The notes under the pieces are model-generated. The model was given only the letters and a program-made list of their open reading frames with translations. It did no database searches and was not told where the DNA came from. DNA of 64,000 bases from NCBI GenBank assembly GCA_965217585.1, contig OZ244561.1, positions 1,344,001-1,408,000 on the forward strand. Direction: 5' to 3'. How positions within the stretch are numbered: the stretch's first letter is position 1; every line of letters begins with the position of its first letter. This DNA is from Candidatus Latescibacterota bacterium. GTDB taxonomy: Bacteria > Latescibacterota > UBA2968 > UBA8231. Shown here piece by piece: positions 38,101-48,018 of the stretch. Position numbers and translations under genes: made by a program.

Positions 38101-38450
38101 TCGTCAACAACGGCATCGTGCTAATCGCCCATATCAACCACCTGCGGGCGAGCGGGCTGTCGCGGCGCGAGGCGATCTGCTTCGGCGGCCAGCACCGGCT
38201 CCGGCCCATCCTGATGACCGCCTTTACCACCATCCTCAACTTGATGCCGATCGTGCTGCCGATGGTCTATGGCACGTCCGAGGGCTTTGCCCGTCGCTGG
38301 GGACCGGTGGGCTTGGTCGTCGCCAGCGGCTTGGCCACCTCGACGTTGCTGACCCTGATGCTAGCCCCAACCCTCTACTCGCTGTTAGACGATCTAGCGC
38401 TGTGGTGCAAGCGCGTGGTGCGCACATCGCACAGAATGGCCCATGTATGA
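35178..38450 (+). CDS. RND transporter permease subunit 2
   Basis: 1090 aa; GMLVDPAVVVLE, RLRPILMT. Confidence 0.95.
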   Translation: MSLSEFSLKRPVTTLMLTLCALVVGVVALDRLPMEQLPTISSSGITARVQYNNSSPEEIERSVTLPLEQTLGTLNNIDRMSASSGHNRGEVRVDFKAGTDMDLANMEMREKLDQARALLPSDVDRVSLRRWQSDQRPTVYANLAWLGDGDRLLDVIQKVIEPRLLRLNGVANVVIDDLEEKQLIVELDQERLQTHNISLSSLGWQLNANNTNISLGRIMDGDQRYMVRAIGEFTRAEDIANMPLLGGQFRLGDIGEINYGFPEKRSYERLNGTDALQLEVFKASTANVVDVGEVIVAELEAIEAEYAGQLEVAIVRNRAESVLKDAGTLLNSAMLGAFLAMIIIFVFLRNIRSTIVIALAIPISALGVFIGMYVAREVFESTITLNMVSMMGLMLAVGMLVDPAVVVLESIFRRRQEDGLEAEEAARVGSREVGMAVLASALTTICVFVPFFFLSDGRSATWMKDAGIAICLAVVVSMIVSLSLIPLASSRLLRAGIERYDRWLKLLVVAVVVGIAYWQISPVGWSGLQSWWVRWSGLIATSIGGMQWQTIVGCALTALAGAALGWYCSRHGLRASYGRLLNWTLDHRWVALVATMALTGTGYYLYDQIEQRGTPWTPERRVDMSVIIDRSYSLDEIRAHFDQIEDILLAQKDTLDLESLTTRFRQRRGSIRAYLVDADAGKLSTMEAGNAIKNLLPEKVGYTYKMGRSRSWSGNQLGVEVQLHGRNPEVLAVLMEDVKAGLEQLPGVQDVDSSLEDGEEEVRVEINRAQALSYGLSPREVAQGISSALGTRRTSGFKSDDREIDIVMQLNEGDRATLDQLKNSRYESRDGSSVQLASLADFQLSRGPRDLRRENRVLNVTVFANTENRNAARALTEPISQMMNGMQLPPGYSWDLGRAARWQQEEASDNHFTAIFAILLIYLIMASLFESLIHPLTIIFAIPFSLIGVALGLYVLDVPFDNNGVLGLLILFGIVVNNGIVLIAHINHLRASGLSRREAICFGGQHRLRPILMTAFTTILNLMPIVLPMVYGTSEGFARRWGPVGLVVASGLATSTLLTLMLAPTLYSLLDDLALWCKRVVRTSHRMAHV

Positions 38451-40789
38451 ATAGGACTGAACGCAGAGAGGACGCTGTAGAGCCGCCTTTTCGCGCCACC
38501 GTGCCACCGCAGGTGCGGCGCGAACTGGCCGAGGTAGTAGGCCTCGACGAAGAGCTTCGCTTGGCGGTGGCTACCGATATCAAGCTCGACGGCCAGTACG
38601 GCGAGGCGTGGCTAATGGCCACCGACGACCATCTGGTGGCCTTCAGCCCCGACAGCGGTGGCCCGCCCGATATGGTCTGCCTGCCCCTAGCCGAGATAAA
38701 CGGGGTGGAGGTGCGCGAGGATTGGGGGACTGCAGCCCTCAAGGTCCGCACCGAGGAGCGGGGCGCGACCATGGCCGTATTCTCCAAGAGCCTAGTGCCA
38801 GCGCTGTCCGAACTGCCCAATCAGGTCGAGCGCCTAGTCAGACAAGCGCACTTGACAGAAGCCGAAGGCGAGGTGCTCCACGGGCGACTGGCCGGAGCGC
38901 GGGCTGGGCGCGAGCGCTGCGACCGTTGCGGCCAAGTCATTCCGCGCCACTACGGAGTATGCCCGGCCTGTCTGGAAAAGGGCAAGCTGCTGTTCCGGCT
39001 GTTGGGCTATGCCCAGCCGCATTGGAAGCTCATTACCCTGAGCCTGTTGCTCATGGTGGTGGCCACGACCATTGGCCTGAGCCAGCCGCTGCTGATGAGG
39101 GTTCTCATCGACGATGTCTTGAATGCCGGTGCCCTTTCGTCTATGGGCGATGAGGCGGACTTTGATCTGCTGGCTCTTTTGCCGGGGGCCAAGGGCGAGC
39201 CGGCCGCGGCGCTGGCTTGGCTGGTGGGCTTGTTGATATGGATAAACCTCACCGTCAGCGGCTTGTCGGGGCTGCGTGGCTACATCATGGCCCGCATCGG
39301 CCAGCGCGTTACCTACGGTCTGCGCAACGAAGTGTACACTCACCTCCACGCACTGTCGCTTAGTTATTACAACAAAAACGAGACTGGGCGCATCATGGCC
39401 AGCGTCACCCAAGACGTGGGCCGCTTGCAGGACTTTATCAGCGACGGTCTGCAAGAAGCCATCCGCGATGTGCTCACCTTGGTCATTATTTGCATCATCC
39501 TCTTTGCGCTCAATCCCGGGCTGGCAGCCCTAATTTTGCTGCCGACGCCTCTATTGGTGTGGGCGACGCTGCGCTTTGGCAAGCGGCTGCACGCCATCTA
39601 CCGGCCGTTGTGGCACCGCTGGGCGGGCCTTAGCGCCCTGCTGGCCGATACCATCCCGGGCGTGCGCGTGGTCAAGGCATTTGCCCAAGAACAGCGGGAA
39701 GTGGGCAAATTCAAGGGCCGCAGCCTAGATTTGCTGCAGGGCGAATTGCGGGTGGCGTGGATGCGCAGCCTGTTCGGCCCGGTCATGACCTTTATAACCT
39801 CCATCGGCACCATCATCATCTGGTGGGTCGGTGGCCGCGATATTTTGGCTGGTGAGCTGACGTTGGGGGACTTTGTCGCCTTTACCAGTTACATGTATCG
39901 CTTCTACGGGCCGGTGGAGAGCTTGTGCCGCCTCAATCACCGCTTCCAGCGCGCCGCCACCTCGGCCGAGCGCGTCTTTGAAGTACTCGATACCCACCCA
40001 GAGGTGATCGACCAGCCCGGGGCTATGACCATGCCGCCCATCGAGGGCCGGGTCGAATTCCGCGGCGTCCACTTCGGCTATGAGGAAGACAAGCCGGTCA
40101 TTGAGGATTTGAATTTCGTCGTCGAGCCGGGCGAGATGATCGGCTTGGCTGGGCACAGCGGCGCTGGCAAAAGTACCTTGATCAACCTCATCTGCCGCTT
40201 CTACGAGCCTCAGGAAGGGGCCATTCTCATCGACGGCCACGACGCCCGCCATGTGAACCTCAAATCGCTGCGCGAGCAGATTGGCGTAGTCTTGCAGGAT
40301 CCGTTCCTCTTCAACGGCACGGTGGCCGACAACATTGCCTACGGCCATCCCGCAGCTTCCCTCGAACAGATCGTCGCCGCCGCCAAGGCCGCCAATGCGC
40401 ACGACTTCATCATGAACATGGCCGACGGGTACGATACCTTGGTGGGCGAACGCGGCACCCGCGTATCCGGGGGCGAGCGGCAGCGGCTGTCCATTGCCCG
40501 GGCCATTTTGCGCGACCCGCGCATTCTCATCCTCGACGAAGCTACCTCCAACGTCGATACCGAGACCGAATCGCAGATTCAGGAGGCGTTGGAGCGGCTC
40601 GTCAAAGGGCGCACCACCTTTGCCATTGCCCATCGCTTATCCACCCTCAAAAACTCCCACCGCCTGCTCATTCTCGACAAAGGTAAACTCGCCGAGATCG
40701 GCACCCACGACGAATTGATTGAACAGGACGGCATCTACGCCAAGTTGTGCCGCATGCAGGCTGAAATGTCCAAACTGAGGGCCTGGTAA
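38447..40789 (+). CDS. ABC exporter (TMD+NBD) with N-terminal extension and zinc ribbon
   Basis: GHSGAGKS, VSGGERQR, ILDEATS; CDRC..CPAC; ATGA overlap with RND2. Confidence 0.9.
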   Translation: MNRTERREDAVEPPFRATVPPQVRRELAEVVGLDEELRLAVATDIKLDGQYGEAWLMATDDHLVAFSPDSGGPPDMVCLPLAEINGVEVREDWGTAALKVRTEERGATMAVFSKSLVPALSELPNQVERLVRQAHLTEAEGEVLHGRLAGARAGRERCDRCGQVIPRHYGVCPACLEKGKLLFRLLGYAQPHWKLITLSLLLMVVATTIGLSQPLLMRVLIDDVLNAGALSSMGDEADFDLLALLPGAKGEPAAALAWLVGLLIWINLTVSGLSGLRGYIMARIGQRVTYGLRNEVYTHLHALSLSYYNKNETGRIMASVTQDVGRLQDFISDGLQEAIRDVLTLVIICIILFALNPGLAALILLPTPLLVWATLRFGKRLHAIYRPLWHRWAGLSALLADTIPGVRVVKAFAQEQREVGKFKGRSLDLLQGELRVAWMRSLFGPVMTFITSIGTIIIWWVGGRDILAGELTLGDFVAFTSYMYRFYGPVESLCRLNHRFQRAATSAERVFEVLDTHPEVIDQPGAMTMPPIEGRVEFRGVHFGYEEDKPVIEDLNFVVEPGEMIGLAGHSGAGKSTLINLICRFYEPQEGAILIDGHDARHVNLKSLREQIGVVLQDPFLFNGTVADNIAYGHPAASLEQIVAAAKAANAHDFIMNMADGYDTLVGERGTRVSGGERQRLSIARAILRDPRILILDEATSNVDTETESQIQEALERLVKGRTTFAIAHRLSTLKNSHRLLILDKGKLAEIGTHDELIEQDGIYAKLCRMQAEMSKLRAW

Positions 40790-40793
40790 ACCC

Positions 40794-41303
40794 ATGCAGC
40801 ACGATACGTTAGCCGCTGAAGTCGCCTATCTCGACCCAGACAAAGCGCGGTTTTTTGTCGATGCTTTCGAGGACTTGAACCTAGAGTTGACCGGGGACCA
40901 GACCTATCCGAGGGTCCGGGTCAAACGGGCTTTTCCCCTGAGCTGCGACGACTGCTTTATCGTCGTCCAAGATCGCGAAGGCAAGGAGATTGGCTCGCTC
41001 GCCCGGCTCGACTCGCTAGATCGGGCCAGCCGTCAAGCCGTAGAAGGCGAATTGGAGCGGGCCTATTTCTCTCCGCACATCCAGCGCATCGTCAACGTGA
41101 CAGTGGCCAACCGAGTGCCGCGCTGGGAAGTAGAGACCGACCGGGGACCCCGCGCCTTTGAAATCTATTCCAGCCGCCGCGATATCCGCCATTTGGGCGG
41201 CGGGCGGGTACTGGTGCAAGACGCCGACGGCAACCGCTACGAAATCCCCGATTACCGGCTCTTGGAACCAGCCAGCCGGGCCTTGGTCGAGGAATTGCTG
41301 TGA
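40794..41303 (+). CDS. DUF1854 family protein
   Basis: RAFPLS, WEVETDRG, DADGNRYEI. Confidence 0.85.
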   Translation: MQHDTLAAEVAYLDPDKARFFVDAFEDLNLELTGDQTYPRVRVKRAFPLSCDDCFIVVQDREGKEIGSLARLDSLDRASRQAVEGELERAYFSPHIQRIVNVTVANRVPRWEVETDRGPRAFEIYSSRRDIRHLGGGRVLVQDADGNRYEIPDYRLLEPASRALVEELL

Positions 41304-41367
41304 GGGATCGGCCAAGTGCGCTACGGAGAATGGCTAACAGCATCACCACTAAGGAAAAGGAAAACGC

Positions 41368-42357
41368 ATGCGCCAAGGGATGTTCAAGTTGTCGATGACG
41401 CTGGGCAGAAGCCCACGAGAGCAACCCGAGCGGGTGAAGATCTGCCGGGAAATGGGCGTCACCGGCTGCGTAACCTCGCCACCCCTCGACGGGATAGGCC
41501 GCGATCAGTACGCGGCGGCCATGCGCCAGCAGAAGGAGGGATGGGCCGAGGCAGGGTTTTCGATCCCCGTGTACGAGACCATGACGCCCACCCGCTCCGA
41601 ACACATACGCCGAGGGACCCCGGGCCGCGATGAAGAACTGTTGGATTTTATCGCCGCTGTGGAGGCCATGGGCAAAGTCGGCATTCCCGTGCTGTGCTAC
41701 AACCTCGGCGCTGGCGGCTCCCGCACCGATTGGGTGCCCACGCGCGGCGGTGCCATTTCCTCGCAATTCGACTATGCGGAGTCGCACCAAGAGCCACCTT
41801 TTGCGGAGACCCAAACGGAGGAGGAACTCTGGAACAACCTGGCTTGGCTGCTCGAGCGCATCATTCCCGTCGCCGAGAAGGCCAATGTCCGCATGGGCTA
41901 TCACCCCAACGACCCGCCGATCTCGCCCTATCGGGGTTCCGCCCAAATCATGGTCAGCGCCGACGCGTACCGCCGCCTAATCAAGATCGCGCCGAGTCCT
42001 TGCAACGGCGTCACGTTCTGCCAAGGCAATTTCAAGGCTATGGGTGAGGATATCTACTCGGTGGCGCGGGAGCTCACCGAGCAGGGCAAGGTTCACTTTA
42101 TCCACTACCGCGACGTCGAGGGCACTGCGGGAACGCGGTTTACGGAAACCTTTCACGACGACGGGCCTACGGATATGGCCCGGATGCTGGAAATCTACTC
42201 CCGCGCCGGCTTCGTAGGACCCATTCGCCCCGACCATGCGCCGACGATGGGGGCCGAAGATGCGGAGACGACCCGTGGCTACGGCATGCTGGGGAAGATA
42301 TTCGCCTTCGGCTACATGATCGGCATGATGCAGGCGCAAAACCTAGCCTACGAATGA
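41368..42357 (+). CDS. uxuA: Mannonate dehydratase
   Basis: PVLCYN, HPNDPP, NGVTFCQG, HYRDV, RPDHAP. Confidence 0.85.
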   Translation: MRQGMFKLSMTLGRSPREQPERVKICREMGVTGCVTSPPLDGIGRDQYAAAMRQQKEGWAEAGFSIPVYETMTPTRSEHIRRGTPGRDEELLDFIAAVEAMGKVGIPVLCYNLGAGGSRTDWVPTRGGAISSQFDYAESHQEPPFAETQTEEELWNNLAWLLERIIPVAEKANVRMGYHPNDPPISPYRGSAQIMVSADAYRRLIKIAPSPCNGVTFCQGNFKAMGEDIYSVARELTEQGKVHFIHYRDVEGTAGTRFTETFHDDGPTDMARMLEIYSRAGFVGPIRPDHAPTMGAEDAETTRGYGMLGKIFAFGYMIGMMQAQNLAYE

Positions 42358-42529
42358 GGAAGAGCCAAGCGTGGACGCGGCCGTCACCGCCGGGTACTAC
42401 TGAGATAATTTCTACTCTTTTCTTCGGGTCACGCTTTCTCGATTTCGACTTTCCCACAGTCGTCGAAGTTTCGCTACCGCGCATCTTGGACTTTTTCGCC
42501 CAACACCACCGCTAAAGGCTGTAATAATC

Positions 42530-43279
42530 ATGGCAAATGATCTAGAATTTCTGCAAAAGTTGGACAATCCCGAGGATGGCCAATACACGCGATCGCTCAT
42601 TGACCTCATCGATGTGCAGACCGTCGATTTGGAATTGGCCGCCTTTTTCGCCTCCCATATCTGGCGTGGGGCTTCCTATATCACCGGTTCGGGCCCCGGC
42701 GGTATCGGCAAAACCACCACCATGCACGCGCTGCTCAGTTTTGTTGGAGCCGGCCTCCCCTTTGTCACCGCACTGCCGGGAGAGGTATCCTCTATTGGAG
42801 AAACCAAATCCTGTATCATCTCCAACGAATTGAGCGACCATGCGCCCCCGACCTATCTGTGGGGTGACGACCTGCGCGCTTTCTTTGCCTTAGGCAGAGC
42901 CGGTCATACTCTAGTGAGCAATGTCCACGCCGATAACCTCGATGAGATTCACCACCAAATTGTCGAAGTCAACCAAGTGCCCGCAGCGCAGTTTCGCGCT
43001 ATTAACCTGCTCGTTTTCATTTGTCTCGAAGGAGGCAATCCTCCTCAGCGGCGCATCAAGGATACGACCACGCGGCGCATAATCAACAAGATCTACTACA
43101 GCGACGGCAAAGAAGAACACCGCCTAATCTACGACCCACAGCAGGGCTTATTAGATCACGCGCCGCGCGATAGAGAACACGAGCAAAACTGTCGCGCTTT
43201 CTTAGCAGAAATGGTCGCGGGCAAGGAGCGCCGTCTCGCGGAGGTGCGCCATCGCTTTTTACAGTGGAATAAGGCGTGA
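42530..43279 (+). CDS. Small stand-alone P-loop ATPase (VirB11/TadA C-domain-like)
   Basis: GPGGIGKTT; IISNE; VHAD His-box-like motif. Confidence 0.65.
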   Translation: MANDLEFLQKLDNPEDGQYTRSLIDLIDVQTVDLELAAFFASHIWRGASYITGSGPGGIGKTTTMHALLSFVGAGLPFVTALPGEVSSIGETKSCIISNELSDHAPPTYLWGDDLRAFFALGRAGHTLVSNVHADNLDEIHHQIVEVNQVPAAQFRAINLLVFICLEGGNPPQRRIKDTTTRRIINKIYYSDGKEEHRLIYDPQQGLLDHAPRDREHEQNCRAFLAEMVAGKERRLAEVRHRFLQWNKA

Positions 43280-43337
43280 CTAACACTTTCCATGATGCGA
43301 ATTGTCGTAGTGAAACCTCATCTAATAGGAGATAATT

Positions 43338-44237
43338 ATGGAACGGAAAACCGCCGCTGAATACGATCCGCAACTGCTCAGCCTCTACGATCGCTATGTC
43401 CACGGCGATATTGACCGCCGCCAGTTTCTCGATGATGCGGCCCGCTTTGCCATCGGCGGCCTGACTGCTGCCGCGCTGTTGGACAGCCTCACTCCCAACT
43501 ACGCCTTTGCCCAGCAGGTGGCCGCAGATGACGAACGCATTGTCACCGAGTACGTGTCGTATCCTTCCCCGCAGGGACACGAAAAGACGCGCGCCGCCCT
43601 CATACGGCCCACGGCTGCTGAGGAAAGCAAAATCCCGGGCGTCCTCGTCATCCACGAAAACAGAGGGCTAAACCCCTATGTCGCAGACGTCGCCCGCCGC
43701 GTGGCTACGGCCGGTTTTCTCGCCTTGGCCCCAGACGCGCTAGAGCCGCTGGGCGGTTATCCAGGCACTGACGACGAAGGTCGGGCGCTGCAAAGACAAC
43801 TCGACGGGGAGAAAGTGACGGAAGACTTCATTGCGGCCGCCAAGTATCTCAAAGCGCATCCCGCCTGTAGCGGCAAAGTGGGCGTCGTCGGCTTCTGCTT
43901 TGGTGGCGGCATGTCCAATACGCTGGCCGTGCGCATACCAGAGGTAATCTCAGCGGCCGTGCCCTTTTACGGCCGGCAACCAGCGGCTGAAGATGTGCCC
44001 AAGATCAAGGCGCGGCTGAAGATCCACTATGCCGAACTGGATGAGAGAATCAATGCCGGCTGGCCGGCGTACGAAGCCGCGCTAAAAGAAGCTGAAATCG
44101 ACTATGCGATGCATATGTATTTAGGCGTCAACCACGGCTTCCACAACGACACCACGCCCCGCTATGACGAAGCAGCCGCCCAACTGGCTTGGGAACGCAC
44201 AATCAGTTTCTTCAACGAAACATTGAAAGCTGGATGA
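43338..44237 (+). CDS. Dienelactone hydrolase family protein (YghX-like)
   Basis: HENRGLN, GFCFGG, HGFHND; RRQFL Tat-like motif. Confidence 0.9.
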   Translation: MERKTAAEYDPQLLSLYDRYVHGDIDRRQFLDDAARFAIGGLTAAALLDSLTPNYAFAQQVAADDERIVTEYVSYPSPQGHEKTRAALIRPTAAEESKIPGVLVIHENRGLNPYVADVARRVATAGFLALAPDALEPLGGYPGTDDEGRALQRQLDGEKVTEDFIAAAKYLKAHPACSGKVGVVGFCFGGGMSNTLAVRIPEVISAAVPFYGRQPAAEDVPKIKARLKIHYAELDERINAGWPAYEAALKEAEIDYAMHMYLGVNHGFHNDTTPRYDEAAAQLAWERTISFFNETLKAG

Positions 44238-44296
44238 ATTATAACATTCACACCCATGACTCAAGTGGACATTTAGGATAGAAGAAGAGGCCCTTC

Positions 44297-46756
44297 GTGA
44301 AGCACAACACTTCATCTTTCTTCGCGTTAGTTTTTTCAAGTATTCTAGCGCTATCTCCAGCCGCTGTCTCCGCGGACACCGCACCTGTGCGCAGCACAAC
44401 GGCGCTGCGAATCGCGCCGCACCACCTCAAGCCGCCCAAGATCGACGGTCGCCTCGACGACGCTGTCTGGCAGCAGGTCCCTTTTACTTCTGACTTTCTC
44501 CAACTCGATCCGGTCGAAGGCGAAGCGGCCAGCGAAAAGACGACCGTGCAGGTCGCCTACGACGAAGAGGGACTCTACGTCGGCATCCGCTGTTATGACA
44601 GCGATCCCGCAGGCATTGTATCGCGGCTGACACGGCGCGACGGTGAGACAGAAGCCGACTGGGTGTCGATCAGTCTCGATCCGCATCTCGACCGCCAGAC
44701 CGGGCGTTTTTTTACGGTCTATGCCTCGGGCTCAGTCATCGACGGCATCTATGCCGACGACCGGGACAAGGACGAGACCTGGAACGACGTATGGGAGGTG
44801 GAGACCGCAATCGATGCTGAAGGATGGAGCGCCGAGTTGCACATACCCTATTACGTGTTGCGCTTTAGTCCACAGGACGAATACACGTGGGGCCTAAACG
44901 TCGAGCGCCATATTAGCCGCAAGCAGGAGCAGACCCATTGGAACTTGATGCGCAAGGGAGCACCTGGTCTGGTCTCCCAATTCGGCTATCTAGAGGGCAT
45001 CCGCGCCATAGACCCGCCGCTGCATCTGGAGTACATGCCTTATGCTATGGGACGCACGATCCTCGACGGCGGGGCGGATTATTTCGGCAACGCCGGGGTC
45101 GATATCCGTTATGGCATTACCTCAAGCCTGTCGCTCAACGCCACGGTCAATCCCGACTTCGGCCAAGTTGAGGCCGATCCGGCTCAGCTCAACCTGACGG
45201 CTTTCGAGGATTTCTTTGCAGAGCAACGCCCCTTTTTCGTCGAGGGAGCGTCGATTCTCCAGACGACCGGCGACTTCGGGGGAGGGCCGAGACTCCGCAC
45301 CGGCGATTACGACCTGTTCTACTCGCGGCGCATTGGCCGCACACCAGGATATTTCTCCCTGCCCGACGACGTGGTGGAGCAGGACCGGCCAGAGGCCACG
45401 ACGATCCTAGGAGCGCTCAAGCTGACGGGCAAGACCGCAGGCAAGACCGCTTTCGGCCTGCTCCAAGCGGTCACCGCACCCGAATACGCCCATATCGGCG
45501 CGGCGGCGCGGGAAGAATTCCGCGTCGAACCGCTAACCAATTATCTAGTAGGCCGCCTGCGCCAAGACGTGCTCGACGGCACCTCGGGCGTAGGGCTTTT
45601 CGCCAGTTCAGTGAACCGCCGCGATGGGCACAGCGCCTATGTCGGCGCAATGGATTGGGACTTGAAGTTCCGCAGGGATACCTACAATCTCACCGGCACC
45701 CTAGCGACCAGCCACGCCGGCGCGCTAGCCGACCGCAAGAGCGGTTATATCGCCCAAGTCGAGTTCGACAAGCGCGGTGGGTGGGTGGAAACCGAGGCAG
45801 GTTTTACTGCGCTGTCGCCCGACGTGGACATCAACGACCTCGGCTTTTTGCGGCGGGGCGATCTGCTCCAGAGCGAGGGGCAGGTACAGTTTTTCCGCTA
45901 TACACCGATGGGGCCGTTTAGGGAATTCGACGTCCGCCTGCAGGGCGAAGCACAGTGGAACTACGACCGCTTGCTGCTAAATCACAGCTACAACCTTTCC
46001 TATTGGGGGGATTTACACAACTACTGGCGCGTACACCTGCACTTTGGCCGCGAGCTAGCGGCGATGGACGACGACGATGTGCTGCGCGGCGGGCCGATAG
46101 TCAGGCGTCTAGCGGAGGCCTGGACTCACGCCCGCATCGAGACCGACCCGCGCAAGGCGCTCAGTTTCTACGTGCATCCCGATTGGCGCCGCCACGACGG
46201 CGGGCGCTCCTACATGCGCGGCCTGCGTTCGGGCGTGGAGTGGCGACCTCTGCCCAGTGTGCAACTCTCGATGGAGCCCCGCTACGAGCACAGGGTCACC
46301 GACGCCCAGTGGGTCGAAGCTATCGCTGGGTCCGACGGCGTCCACTACGTGTACGGAGAATTGGACAGTCGCACCCTCGATTTGACCACGCGCGCCGAAT
46401 TGGGCTTTGCACCGGGTCTGAGCCTAGAACTGTACCTCCAGCCTTTTATCGCCATCGGCAATTTCGGCGACTTCAAGGAACTAAACGCGCCGCAGAGCTA
46501 TGATTTCAGCCCCTACGTGCTAAACGAGAACCGCGACTTCCATCGGCGCTCGCTCAAGAGCAACCTAGTACTGCGCTGGGAGTTTTCGCCCGGCAGCACG
46601 CTCTTCGTCGTCTGGTCACAATCGCGCAACGCCCACCTCGACGATCCAACCGCCGAAGATTTGGAGTTTCGTCCCTTGAGCCGAGTTGGCAGCAGTTTCG
46701 CCGACGATGGGGATAATGTGTTGCTCATAAAGGCCAGCTACTGGGTCGGTAGGTGA
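44297..46756 (+). CDS. CBM9-like + DUF5916 outer-membrane/secreted protein
   Basis: IDGRLDDAVW, TVNPDFGQVEAD, RPFFVEG, LFYSRRIG. Confidence 0.8.
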   Translation: MKHNTSSFFALVFSSILALSPAAVSADTAPVRSTTALRIAPHHLKPPKIDGRLDDAVWQQVPFTSDFLQLDPVEGEAASEKTTVQVAYDEEGLYVGIRCYDSDPAGIVSRLTRRDGETEADWVSISLDPHLDRQTGRFFTVYASGSVIDGIYADDRDKDETWNDVWEVETAIDAEGWSAELHIPYYVLRFSPQDEYTWGLNVERHISRKQEQTHWNLMRKGAPGLVSQFGYLEGIRAIDPPLHLEYMPYAMGRTILDGGADYFGNAGVDIRYGITSSLSLNATVNPDFGQVEADPAQLNLTAFEDFFAEQRPFFVEGASILQTTGDFGGGPRLRTGDYDLFYSRRIGRTPGYFSLPDDVVEQDRPEATTILGALKLTGKTAGKTAFGLLQAVTAPEYAHIGAAAREEFRVEPLTNYLVGRLRQDVLDGTSGVGLFASSVNRRDGHSAYVGAMDWDLKFRRDTYNLTGTLATSHAGALADRKSGYIAQVEFDKRGGWVETEAGFTALSPDVDINDLGFLRRGDLLQSEGQVQFFRYTPMGPFREFDVRLQGEAQWNYDRLLLNHSYNLSYWGDLHNYWRVHLHFGRELAAMDDDDVLRGGPIVRRLAEAWTHARIETDPRKALSFYVHPDWRRHDGGRSYMRGLRSGVEWRPLPSVQLSMEPRYEHRVTDAQWVEAIAGSDGVHYVYGELDSRTLDLTTRAELGFAPGLSLELYLQPFIAIGNFGDFKELNAPQSYDFSPYVLNENRDFHRRSLKSNLVLRWEFSPGSTLFVVWSQSRNAHLDDPTAEDLEFRPLSRVGSSFADDGDNVLLIKASYWVGR

Positions 46757-46883
46757 GAATCGAGAAAGGGATATTCTATCGCCGCCGCGTGCAAAATCGA
46801 CCTGACGCTAGTCCGCCCCATCTACGGGCTAACCATTCCAGTATTTCTAGGGGCAGGACTTGGAAATCCATGGGTTTGCAACC

Positions 46884-47345
46884 ATGACTGTCGATAGTAA
46901 AAGAGACGGTGGAGCCATTTCCTTGCGACGGGGCATCCTGCTGATCTTTGTCCTAGGAACCATAGGGCTGAGCACCGAACTGCTGCTACTCGGACATTTT
47001 GAAGAATGGCGTCAACTGGTGCCCTTGGCGTTGTTGGCGTTCGGGTTGGTCTTGTTGGTGGCGCGGACGCTCTACCGGGGCGCGATTATTCTGCGCTTGT
47101 TCCGCTTGACTATGCTGGCTTTCGTCTTAGGCGGCATGGTCGGCCTTTGGTTTCATCTTAGTGCCAATATGGAGTTTGAATTGGAGATGTACCCGACGCT
47201 GAGCGGGTTAAAACTGCTGTCTAAGGCGTTGGGCGGCGCTATGCCGGCATTGGCACCTGGGGCGCTGGTCCAGCTAGGACTGATCGGGTTTCTTTACACG
47301 TACCAACACCCGGCGCTGAGCCGAGAAAGAACAAAGGAGAATTAA
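46884..47345 (+). CDS. Four-TM hypothetical membrane protein
   Basis: Four hydrophobic segments; 3 nt before the next gene. Confidence 0.7.
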   Translation: MTVDSKRDGGAISLRRGILLIFVLGTIGLSTELLLLGHFEEWRQLVPLALLAFGLVLLVARTLYRGAIILRLFRLTMLAFVLGGMVGLWFHLSANMEFELEMYPTLSGLKLLSKALGGAMPALAPGALVQLGLIGFLYTYQHPALSRERTKEN

Positions 47346-47348
47346 GCA

Positions 47349-47981
47349 ATGCAGCGAGTCATCTCAGCCGTGGTTTTAGCCGTCTGCCTCTATGGCAACA
47401 GTGCCCAAGGACAGGTGGGTAAAAACGAAACGGTCCTCAATCCCAACCGAGCTGGCACCGAACAACTGTTGGCCCTAGCGCAACTCGATTCGGCGTTGGT
47501 CGATGGGATTGTGGCGCGGCGGCCTTTTATCGGGATGGAAGCGTTCGACGCCTATTTGGATTCGACCTTGGCGGACTCGGTCCAAGCCGAACTGTACGTC
47601 AAGCTCTTCCTGCCGATCAACCTCAATACCGCCAGCGACGCCGAAATGAAACTGGTGCCGGGAGTTGGCAAGCGCATGGCGCACGAGTTTGACGAATACC
47701 GCCCTTACAAGAGCATGACCCAATGGCGACGAGAAATCGGCAAATACGTCGATGACGACGAACTGGCGCGGCTGGAGCAGTACGTCTTCGTGCCGCTCGA
47801 ACTCAACAGCGCCAGCGAGGCAGACTTCCTCACGATCCCAGGAGTTGGCAAGCGCATGGCGCACGAGTTTGACGAATATCGTCCTTACAAAAGCATGGAC
47901 CAATGGCGACGAGAAATCGGCAAATACGTCGATGACGACGAACTGGCGAGACTGGAACGGTATGTGTTTCTTCAAGAATAA
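47349..47981 (+). CDS. Secreted helix-hairpin-helix repeat protein
   Basis: INLNTAS..PGVGKRMA..EYRPY occurs twice; signal peptide. Confidence 0.8.
   Translation: MQRVISAVVLAVCLYGNSAQGQVGKNETVLNPNRAGTEQLLALAQLDSALVDGIVARRPFIGMEAFDAYLDSTLADSVQAELYVKLFLPINLNTASDAEMKLVPGVGKRMAHEFDEYRPYKSMTQWRREIGKYVDDDELARLEQYVFVPLELNSASEADFLTIPGVGKRMAHEFDEYRPYKSMDQWRREIGKYVDDDELARLERYVFLQE
47661..47948 (+). repeat. Intragenic tandem duplication, 180-bp period
   Basis: 47661-47768 nearly identical to 47841-47948. Confidence 0.9.
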
Positions 47982-48018
47982 GCCCTAGGGTCGCTTACCA
48001 CGGGAGACCTAGGAGCCG

